This document shows positions 20,702 through 28,963 of a stretch of 60,005 bases of DNA, in pieces (positions within the stretch are counted from its first letter, which is position 1; each line of letters starts with the position of its first letter). The notes beneath the pieces were generated by a model, which had not been told where the DNA came from, ran no database searches, and was given only the letters and a program-made list of their open reading frames with translations. Both the position numbers and the translations under genes were made by a program. Origin of the DNA: Oscillospiraceae bacterium (GTDB lineage Bacteria > Bacillota > Clostridia > Oscillospirales > CAG-272); the NCBI GenBank assembly GCA_015065065.1, contig SVQX01000006.1, positions 1 through 60,005 on the forward strand, read 5' to 3'.

Positions 20702-23218
20702 ATGAAGCTGTCATTTTCCACAAAGGGCTGGGACTCCTATACCTGGGCGCAGTTTTGTGACAAGGCGGAGGAGCTTGGCTTTAACGGCATAGAAATTCAT
20801 GATATACACCACCCCGCATTCACGGGTAAGAACGATGTTTTTGACCCGACCATGATCCGCGCTACGTACAGAAATCTCGTCGACCGAGGACTTTGTGTAC
20901 CCTGTGTTGATACTGCGGCGAATATTGCCGACGGCGATAGCCTTGACGCGGGTGTTAGCGAGATTACCGAATGTATCCGCACGGCGGCGGCGTTGCACAT
21001 TCCCTTCGTGCGCATACACACCACGGGTGCGAAGGATAAGGACGCGGCGGAGGTGGACACCACCGTTTGCAGGTATCTTGATGCGCTTCGTCCCGTGGCT
21101 GTCGGCTCTGAAGTGACGCTTATAATCGAAACCGTCGATGCTTACGCCGATACGCATAGACTTAAAAACGTGCTTGATACCTATGCCGATGATAATATCG
21201 GCGCTCTGTGGGATATGCACCACACCTACCGCATGGGCGGCGAGAGCGCGCAGACGTCGCTTCAAAACCTCGGCGCATATATTCGCCATATTCACCTCAA
21301 GGACTCGGAGGTGGTAGGGGACAGAGTGGAATATCGCCTTATCGGTGAGGGCTCTCTCCCTCTTGACGACATGATGAAGGCGCTCCGCTCTATCAATTAC
21401 GAGGGCTTTATCTCACTTGAATGGGACCCCACGTGGCTTAGTGAGCTTGCGGATATGGATATTATATTCCTGCACTTTACGAGCTATATGTCAAAATACG
21501 AGAGCGGTGTCCGCAAAAAGCGCAAGAAGCTGTATGAAAACAAGACTCACACGGGCAAATTTGTGTGGCAGAAGGACTCGCTTATCGATATGACCTTCTC
21601 GGAGGTGCTGGATAAGCAGGTGGAGGAATTTCCGGATCAGTACGCCTTTAAGTATACCACGCTTGACTATACCCGTACCTACGAGGAGTTCCGCGACGAC
21701 GTGGATACCTTTGCCCGCGCGCTGGTGGATATGGGGGTTAAGGCGGGAACGCACGTTGCCGTCTGGGCTACGAATATACCGCAATGGTACATCACCTTCT
21801 GGGCAACGGTAAAGCTGGGCGCGGTGCTTGTTACCGTAAATACGGCTTACAAGGTACACGAGGCAGAATATCTGTTCCGTCAGTCGGACACCCATACGCT
21901 TGTTATGGTGGAGGGCTACCGCGACTCAAATTATAAGGAAATAATAAAGGAGCTTTGCCCCGAGCTTGAAAACCACCGTGCGGGAGAGCCGCTCCATGCA
22001 AAGCGTCTGCCTTTCTTGCGCAATGTCATCACCGTCGGCTTCCGGCAGAAGGGATGTCAGACGTGGGACGAGGCTGTGGCAAGACACGACCGCGTGCCGC
22101 TTGAGGAGGTCCGCAGAATGGCGGCGAAGGTATCTCCTCAGGACGTTTGTAATATGCAGTATACCTCGGGTACGACGGGCTTCCCCAAGGGAGTAATGCT
22201 TACCCATTATAACGTAGTCAACAACGGTAAATGTATCGGCGACCGAATGGATTTGTCTACCGCCGACAGAATGATGATACAGGTACCCATGTTCCATTGC
22301 TTCGGAATGGTGCTGTCCATGACGGCGACCATGACGCACGGAGGAACGCTGTACCCAATTCCTTATTTCTCCCCGAAATCCGCATTGGCTTGCATTGACA
22401 AGGAGCATATCACAGCATTCAACGGCGTGCCCACAATGTTTATCGCCATGTTTAACCACGAGGATTACAGAAAGACGGATTTCTCATACATGAGAACGGG
22501 AATCATGGCAGGCGCGAATTGCCCCGCCGACCTTATGAAGCGCGCAGCACAGCCGGACGAGATGAATATGACGGGAATCGTCAGCGTTTACGGACAAACG
22601 GAGGCTTCTCCGGGCTGCACCATGGGCGAGATAGACGAGCCGCTTGACGAAAGATGCGAAACGGTGGGAAGGGCATTCCCGCACGTTGAATGTAAGATTA
22701 TAGACCCCGAAACGGGACTTGATTGCCCCGACGGAGTGAACGGTGAATTTGTTGCGCGAGGCTACAACGTCATGAAGGGATATTACAAAATGCCCGAGGC
22801 GACTGCGGCTACGATCGATGCTGACGGATGGCTCCATTCGGGTGATATCGCCTGCCGCGAGCCGAGCGGCACCTATCGCATCACGGGCAGACTGAAGGAT
22901 ATGATAATCCGCGGCGGCGAGAACATCTATCCCAAGGAGATAGAGGAATTTCTCTACACCAGCCCCAAGGTAAAGGACGTTCAGGTCATAGGAGTTCCCG
23001 ACAAGCAGTACGGCGAGGAAATAATGGCTTGTATCATTCTCAAGGAGGGAGAGGAGTCCTCGGTCGAGGAAATGAAGGCGTTTGTCGCATCTCATATGGC
23101 AAGGCATAAGGTGCCGAAGTATATAGAGTTTGTAAATTCCTTCCCCATGAACGCCGCAGGCAAGATACTCAAGTATAAGATGCGCGAGGCGGCGGCAGAG
23201 AAATACGGGCTTAACTGA
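20702..23218 (+). CDS. Fusion of a xylose-isomerase-like (AP_endonuc_2) TIM barrel and an AMP-dependent acyl-CoA synthetase
   Basis: N-terminal IET, WDMHH, HIHLKD, SLEW metal-site motifs; C-terminal YTSGTTGFPKG, YGQTE, WLHSGD, GRLKDMIIRGGENI, GKILK. Confidence 0.9.
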   Translation: MKLSFSTKGWDSYTWAQFCDKAEELGFNGIEIHDIHHPAFTGKNDVFDPTMIRATYRNLVDRGLCVPCVDTAANIADGDSLDAGVSEITECIRTAAALHIPFVRIHTTGAKDKDAAEVDTTVCRYLDALRPVAVGSEVTLIIETVDAYADTHRLKNVLDTYADDNIGALWDMHHTYRMGGESAQTSLQNLGAYIRHIHLKDSEVVGDRVEYRLIGEGSLPLDDMMKALRSINYEGFISLEWDPTWLSELADMDIIFLHFTSYMSKYESGVRKKRKKLYENKTHTGKFVWQKDSLIDMTFSEVLDKQVEEFPDQYAFKYTTLDYTRTYEEFRDDVDTFARALVDMGVKAGTHVAVWATNIPQWYITFWATVKLGAVLVTVNTAYKVHEAEYLFRQSDTHTLVMVEGYRDSNYKEIIKELCPELENHRAGEPLHAKRLPFLRNVITVGFRQKGCQTWDEAVARHDRVPLEEVRRMAAKVSPQDVCNMQYTSGTTGFPKGVMLTHYNVVNNGKCIGDRMDLSTADRMMIQVPMFHCFGMVLSMTATMTHGGTLYPIPYFSPKSALACIDKEHITAFNGVPTMFIAMFNHEDYRKTDFSYMRTGIMAGANCPADLMKRAAQPDEMNMTGIVSVYGQTEASPGCTMGEIDEPLDERCETVGRAFPHVECKIIDPETGLDCPDGVNGEFVARGYNVMKGYYKMPEATAATIDADGWLHSGDIACREPSGTYRITGRLKDMIIRGGENIYPKEIEEFLYTSPKVKDVQVIGVPDKQYGEEIMACIILKEGEESSVEEMKAFVASHMARHKVPKYIEFVNSFPMNAAGKILKYKMREAAAEKYGLN

Positions 23219-23235
23219 TTTTCAAGGAGAAAGCA

Positions 23236-26200
23236 ATGAGCGAAAATAACAAGAATTTTAAACGGGAGACCGTTACAATGGACGGTAACGAGGCGGCGGC
23301 GCATATAGCTTACGCCTTTACCGAGGTGGCGGCGATATATCCCATAACCCCCTCATCTCCCATGGCCGGCAAGACGGATGCGTGGAGTGCGAAGGGCAAG
23401 AAAAACCTTTTCGGTCAGCCTGTGACTCTTGTTGAGATGCAGTCAGAGGCGGGAGCGGCAGCGGCAGTACACGGCGCGCTCGAATCGGGCTCGCTTGCCA
23501 CCTCCTTCACCTCATCGCAGGGACTTATGCTGATGATCCCCGTAATGCACCGCATTTCGGGACAGCTGCACCCCGGCGTGCTTCACGTTGCATCTCGCAC
23601 CGTGGGAACTCACGCATTTTCGATCTTCGGAGATCATTCGGACGTTATGAACTGCCGTCAGACCGGCTTTGCTATGCTGTCCACGGCAAGCGTTCAGGAA
23701 ATAATGGATATTTCGGCAGCGGCGCACCTTGCCGCTATCGAGAGCCGTGTGCCGTTCCTGCATTTCTTTGACGGCTTCCGTACATCACACGAAATTTCCA
23801 AGGTGGAGCTTATGCCCTACGAGGCGCTCGCTCCGCTTGTAAACTACGACGCGCTTGAAGCCTTCCGCGCTCACGCACTTAATCCCGAGCATCCGCTCCT
23901 GCGCTCCACCGTGCAGAATCCGGATATATATTTCCAAGTCCGTGAAGCGTCAAACGCTTATTACGACAGCCTGCCCGATATTGTTGAAAAATATCTCGGC
24001 GAGCTGAGTAAGATATGCGGCAGGGAATACCACCTCTTTAACTACTACGGTGATAAGGATGCAGAGGATATCATTATCGCTATGGGCTCGGTCAGCGGAA
24101 CGGTAAAGGAAACGGTGGACTACCTCAACGCAAAGGGACGCCGCGTCGGCTTTTTGCAGGTACACCTGTTCCGCCCCTTCTCGTTTGAGTATTTCCGCAA
24201 GGCTATCCCGGCATCCGTCAAGCGCATAGCAGTGCTTGACCGTTGCAAGGAGATGGGCGCCGCGGGTGAGCCGCTGTATCAGGATGTGCGCACCGCATTT
24301 TACGACGACGCGCAGAACGGAACCGCGCCGCTGGTTATCGGCGGAAGATACGGTTTGTCCTCCAAGGACACCGATCCCGCGCAGATAATCGCCGTATTTG
24401 ATAATCTTGCATCCGATAATCCCAAGAACGGATTTACTATCGGTATTGAGGACGACGTTACTCGCCATTCTCTGAAGCTGACCGAGCGCGTATATCCCGA
24501 TGACGAAAGGTACGAGCAGATAAACTGCAAATTCTGGGGACTCGGCTCTGACGGTACGGTAGGCGCAAATAAGTCAACCGTTGAGATAGTCAGCCAGCAT
24601 ACCGATAAATACGGTCAGGCGTACTTTGAGTACGATGCGAAAAAGTCTTACGGAGTAACCAAATCGCACCTTCGCTTTTCAGATTATCCCATTCGCTCCA
24701 GCCATTTCGTAAAGCACGCGGATTTCGTCGCGTGTCATAATCCTACATACGTATACCACTACGATATGATCTCCGAGCTGAAGGAGGGCGGCACGTTCCT
24801 GCTTGCCTGCCCGTGGAGCGCCGAGGAGCTTGAAGTAAAACTGCCCGCCTCCGTCAAGCGCGATTTGGCAGCTAAACACGCAAGCTTCTACGTAATCGAC
24901 GCGGCGAAAATAGCCGCAGAGTGCGGGCTTGGCAATCACACCAATATGGTGCTTCAATCTGCCTTTTTCCACCTGTCGGGACTGCTTCCCATAGACGAAG
25001 CGATGGACTATATGAAGGCGGGCGTGCGCAAGATGTACTTCGCCAAGGGCGAGGATGTAGTAAACAACAATATTGCCGCAATAGAGCGTGGCGGCTCGGG
25101 GCTTGTAAGGATCGAGATACCGTCCGCGTGGGCTGATGCCGTGAATGAAAACGGTAACGCTGCGAACGACCGCCCCGACGTTGTAAAGAATATTCTTGAG
25201 CCTATCAACGCTCAAAAGGGCGATGACCTGCCCGTTTCCGCCTTCAAGGGCTACGAGGACGGCGCTATCCAAATGGGACTTACCGCCTACGAAAAGCGCG
25301 CTATTGCAACCAAGGTTCCCGTTTGGAATCCCGAGGCATGCCTGCAATGTAACAGATGTTCTTATGTCTGCCCCCACGCGGTGATCCGTCCTTATCTTTT
25401 GGACGAGGCCGAAAGTGCTGGCGCGCCTGCCGATATGAAGCTTGTCCCCGCCAAGGGTGTCAAGGGACTTAAGCTGGATTATACCTTACAGATAAGTCGC
25501 GACGACTGCACGGGCTGCTCCTCCTGCGTAAACTGCTGTCCCGCAAAGGATAAGGCGCTTCGTATGGTGAGCGTTGATGAGGCAGAGGACACGTCGGCGG
25601 CTTGGGAGTACGGACTTGGAGTCAGCGAAAAGAGCAACATTTTTGATATCTACACCGTAAAGGGAAGCCAGTTCAAGCAGCCGCTTCTTGAATTTTCTGC
25701 GGCGTGCGCCGGATGCGGCGAAACGCCTTACGCGAAGCTGCTCACCCAGCTTGTCGGCGACAGAGTATATTGGGCAAACGCTACGGGCTGCTCGCAGGCG
25801 TGGGGCTCCCCCATGCCGGGAATTCCTTATACCACTAATAAAAAGGGGCATGGCCCCGCGTGGTCGAACTCGCTGTTTGAAAACAATGCGGAATTTTCCC
25901 TCGGTATGTGTCTGTCCGTCAAGATGCAAAGGCAGGCACAGCTCATCCGTGCAAAGAGATTGAGGGATATGGTTGAGGGTAATGCCGCGCTTGCATCCGC
26001 ACTTGACGCATGGATCGCCGATTTTGACAGCATGGACGACTCTCGTAAATCAGGCGAAGCCCTTGTAACCGCGCTTGAAGCCTGCACTCTTGACGGAGCG
26101 GCTGACGGCGTAAAGAGGGATATCCTTATCCACCGCGACCAGCTGTCCAAAAAGAGCTTCTGGATGTTCGGCGGCGATGGCTGGGCATATGATATCGGCT

Positions 26201-26781
26201 TTGGCGGACTTGATCACGTGCTTGCACAGGGCGAGCCCGTAAAGGTGTTTATCGTTGATACCGAGGTGTATTCCAACACGGGCGGACAGTCGTCAAAGGC
26301 GACACCTCTCGGTGCTGTGGCGCAGTTCTGCGCATCGGGCAAGAAGAGTCCCAAGAAGGACCTTGGCGCAATACTTATGACCTATGGAAACGTGTACGTC
26401 GCGCAGGTCGCGATGGGCGCGGACTATAATCAGACGGTCAAGGCGATAAAGGAGGCGGAGGCGTTTGACGGTCCTGCCGTGATCATCGCGTATACTCCTT
26501 GCTCTGCGCACGGAATCCGAGGCGGACTCGGCAACGCGCAGATGGAGATGAAGCGCGCGGTTGATGCGGGATATTGGAAGCTGTACCGCTTTGATCCGTC
26601 AAAGGAACAGCCGCTTACCCTTGATTCTGGCGAGCCCACCTTGAATTTTGAGGACTTCCTCATGGGAGAGGTGAGATATTCGTCTCTGACGCGCACCTTC
26701 CCCGAAAACGCTAAGGAAATGTTTAAGGAGGCGGGAGAATCCGCTGCCCGCGACTACGAAAAGTATAAGAATATGAAATAA
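23236..26781 (+). CDS. Single-chain 2-oxoacid:ferredoxin oxidoreductase (PFOR/NifJ family)
   Basis: YPITPSS, EMQSEAGA, GLGSDGTVGANK, two CxxCxxCxxxCP motifs, ACAGCGE, GGDGWAYDIG, YSNTGGQ; 1181 aa. Confidence 0.95.
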   Translation: MSENNKNFKRETVTMDGNEAAAHIAYAFTEVAAIYPITPSSPMAGKTDAWSAKGKKNLFGQPVTLVEMQSEAGAAAAVHGALESGSLATSFTSSQGLMLMIPVMHRISGQLHPGVLHVASRTVGTHAFSIFGDHSDVMNCRQTGFAMLSTASVQEIMDISAAAHLAAIESRVPFLHFFDGFRTSHEISKVELMPYEALAPLVNYDALEAFRAHALNPEHPLLRSTVQNPDIYFQVREASNAYYDSLPDIVEKYLGELSKICGREYHLFNYYGDKDAEDIIIAMGSVSGTVKETVDYLNAKGRRVGFLQVHLFRPFSFEYFRKAIPASVKRIAVLDRCKEMGAAGEPLYQDVRTAFYDDAQNGTAPLVIGGRYGLSSKDTDPAQIIAVFDNLASDNPKNGFTIGIEDDVTRHSLKLTERVYPDDERYEQINCKFWGLGSDGTVGANKSTVEIVSQHTDKYGQAYFEYDAKKSYGVTKSHLRFSDYPIRSSHFVKHADFVACHNPTYVYHYDMISELKEGGTFLLACPWSAEELEVKLPASVKRDLAAKHASFYVIDAAKIAAECGLGNHTNMVLQSAFFHLSGLLPIDEAMDYMKAGVRKMYFAKGEDVVNNNIAAIERGGSGLVRIEIPSAWADAVNENGNAANDRPDVVKNILEPINAQKGDDLPVSAFKGYEDGAIQMGLTAYEKRAIATKVPVWNPEACLQCNRCSYVCPHAVIRPYLLDEAESAGAPADMKLVPAKGVKGLKLDYTLQISRDDCTGCSSCVNCCPAKDKALRMVSVDEAEDTSAAWEYGLGVSEKSNIFDIYTVKGSQFKQPLLEFSAACAGCGETPYAKLLTQLVGDRVYWANATGCSQAWGSPMPGIPYTTNKKGHGPAWSNSLFENNAEFSLGMCLSVKMQRQAQLIRAKRLRDMVEGNAALASALDAWIADFDSMDDSRKSGEALVTALEACTLDGAADGVKRDILIHRDQLSKKSFWMFGGDGWAYDIGFGGLDHVLAQGEPVKVFIVDTEVYSNTGGQSSKATPLGAVAQFCASGKKSPKKDLGAILMTYGNVYVAQVAMGADYNQTVKAIKEAEAFDGPAVIIAYTPCSAHGIRGGLGNAQMEMKRAVDAGYWKLYRFDPSKEQPLTLDSGEPTLNFEDFLMGEVRYSSLTRTFPENAKEMFKEAGESAARDYEKYKNMK

Positions 26782-26795
26782 TATTCAAAGCATAA

Positions 26796-26824
26796 GGGCT
26801 GAGTCAACGCGACTCAGCCTTTTT
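26796..26824 (+). terminator. Rho-independent terminator closing the T-box operon
   Basis: ggctgagtc-aacgc-gactcagcc followed by a T-run. Confidence 0.85.
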
Positions 26825-26839
26825 GCGTATTTGTAATTT

Positions 26840-27426
26840 GTGTGCTGCTTTTTGCATCAACAGAAAGTAGTCAAATATTGACCAAAGGTTGGGAGGATGA
26901 GTCGTGATTTCAATTTTTACAAAATTGAAATTGCACTCCCCAATTCCTCCCTCCCTTTGGAAACCCACCCACTTTGGAGCTTGGCTCGTGGGCGAAAAGC
27001 CATCATGCAAACGCTCTTGCAAATTATACCGATAAGTCGCAAATTGGAAATCAGACACACCCGATGTAGCGGTGATTTATTGGGGGGCAACACCGAAAAA
27101 GATTTGAAATTTTTCTCGTTGCACTTAATTTTTAAATCTCATACGGCTTTAAAACAACCGCCCGCCCAAGGCGCACTCTTATCGACCAAGTTTCCGTCGC
27201 TCCGACGGGAACTTGGCGAGATGGGTATGCGGCAACTTTTGCGCGCGATTACGCCTTGCCCGCATACTTGCGGCAAGGCGGCGCGCAGAGGAAGGTGAGA
27301 TTCTTAAGAGAGGAAACCGTGGGTTTCCTCTCTTAAGTCGCCCTTGGTTACTTCTGTCGATACAGAAGTAACACAAATATTTTAATTATTTCTTGTGTTG
27401 CTTCTGCCGACACGGCAGAAGCAATA
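26840..27426. repeat. Cluster of REP-like hairpins
   Basis: At least six inverted repeats, e.g. ccaagtttccgtcg/cgacgggaacttgg, cttaagagaggaaacc/ggtttcctctcttaag, gttacttctgt/acagaagtaac, ttgcttctgccg/cggcagaagcaa. Confidence 0.65.
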
Positions 27427-27560
27427 CGTAATTTCACTCTCCAAACCATACACCTCTATGCACAAAAAAATAAAATATTAAAAAACACTTGATTTGGAGG
27501 GGATTGTGTGGTATATTATATATAGTAAGATGTCCAAAAATCACGAAAGGAGCGACGGCT

Positions 27561-27938
27561 GTGAGTAAAAGCAATATTCAGGAATCGGGCGAGATGTATC
27601 TTGAGAGCATTCTTGTTCTGAAGGGCAAGCTCGGGCAGGTGCGCTCCATTGACGTAGTGCATCACACGGGCTACTCCAAGCCCAGCATAAGTCGCGCCCT
27701 CGGTGTGCTTAAAGCCGACGGAATGGTGACAGTGGATGAAAACGGTTACATTGAGCTTACCGACGAGGGACGGGAGCATGCTACTAAGGTCTACGAGCGT
27801 CACCGCATCCTCTCTCTCTTTTTTGAGAGCATCGGAGTAAGCGCACCCGTCGCCGACAGCGACGCCTGCAAGGTGGAGCATGTTATAAGCGACGAAACGT
27901 TTGAGCGCATAAAGGCGCATATTTCGGACAAAAATTAA
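27561..27938 (+). CDS. DtxR/MntR-family metal-dependent transcriptional regulator
   Basis: ESGEMYLESI, SKPSISRA HTH, YERHRIL, DACKVEHVIS; GTG 27561 after aaggag. Confidence 0.9.
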   Translation: MSKSNIQESGEMYLESILVLKGKLGQVRSIDVVHHTGYSKPSISRALGVLKADGMVTVDENGYIELTDEGREHATKVYERHRILSLFFESIGVSAPVADSDACKVEHVISDETFERIKAHISDKN

Positions 27939-27965
27939 ATTTATATATAAGAAAGGAACACAACC

Positions 27966-28502
27966 ATGCCAGAACTTAAGGGAACAAAAACAGAACAAAA
28001 TCTCAGAACCGCTTTTTCGGGAGAGAGCGAAGCAAGAAACAAGTACACCTACTTTGCATCCGTAGCTAAAAAGGAAGGCTACGAGCAGATCGCGGCTATT
28101 TTCGAGGCTACCGCCAACAACGAAAAGGAGCATGCAAAGATGTGGTTCAAGGAGCTGGGCGCTTTGGGCGATACCGCTGCCAATCTTCTTTCCGCCGCAG
28201 AGGGCGAGCATTACGAGTGGACGGATATGTACGACAGATTTGCCAAGGAAGCAGAGGAGGAGGGCTTTACCGCTCTTGCCATCAAATTCCGTATGGTAGC
28301 TGCTATTGAGAAGACTCACGAGGAGCGTTACCGCAAGCTGCTGAATAACGTAGAGATGAAGGCAGTGTTCGAGAAGGCGGAGATGACCATGTGGGAGTGC
28401 CGCAACTGCGGACACCTTGTTATGGGCAAGAAGGCGCCTCTCGTTTGCCCTGTTTGCGCTCATCCCCAGAGCTACTTTGAGGTAAGAAAAGAAAACTACT
28501 GA
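27966..28502 (+). CDS. rbr: Rubrerythrin
   Basis: [25 protein letters not shown] diiron motifs; C-terminal CRNCG...CPVC. Confidence 0.95.
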   Translation: MPELKGTKTEQNLRTAFSGESEARNKYTYFASVAKKEGYEQIAAIFEATANNEKEHAKMWFKELGALGDTAANLLSAAEGEHYEWTDMYDRFAKEAEEEGFTALAIKFRMVAAIEKTHEERYRKLLNNVEMKAVFEKAEMTMWECRNCGHLVMGKKAPLVCPVCAHPQSYFEVRKENY

Positions 28503-28503
28503 T

Positions 28504-28542
28504 AAAAAAGTCGCCGCAGAGAAATTCTGCGGCGACTTTTTT
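28504..28542 (+). terminator. Bidirectional-type terminator after rbr
   Basis: aaaaaagtcgccgcaga-gaaat-tctgcggcgactttttt. Confidence 0.88.
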
Positions 28543-28570
28543 AATTGAAAATTGAAAGTTTAAAACGGAA

Positions 28571-28951
28571 AATTGATGAAGCTTTTCGCTTTGCGAAAAG
28601 CTTCATTTCATTGAAACGGGCGACCGCAGGCCGCCCTACGGTATAAAAATCTTTGTCTGAAAACAACCGAAAGCATCTCATTCACCGCGTAGGGGCGAAC
28701 TGTGTTCGCCCGAAACGCCGCAAAAATTATAGAAATGTTTTCGGCTGTCACCATCATGATCGTTTGGTGCGGTCTAAAGAATAAAGAATAAATAATAAAT
28801 ATCACAGTGGATAAGGGACCCACGGGGGTTATAGAGATGGCTCTTGTTGTAACCATCCAAACAAATTTAAACAAGAAAATTTGTCAGCAAAGTTCTTTGG
28901 ATCAAACCTTTCTTTCAAGAAAGGTTTGTGGGGTGTGGGGCGAAACCCCAC
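28571..28951. repeat. Composite REP/REPIN-like element, copy 1
   Basis: 28571-28748 matches 39689-39867 with about 8 differences counted by eye; contains the inverted GTAG-REP pair cgggcgacc...ccctac / gtaggggcgaac...gttcgcccg; tail 28859-28951 resembles 39876-39967. Confidence 0.85.
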
Positions 28952-28963
28952 ATAAATAATAAA

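Noticed and set aside
26897-27298. 133-aa ORF and other short ORFs inside the repeat clusters (28608-28874, 39772-40125, 54071-54334)
   Set aside because: They overlap palindromic repeats, have atypical composition and show no transposase motifs
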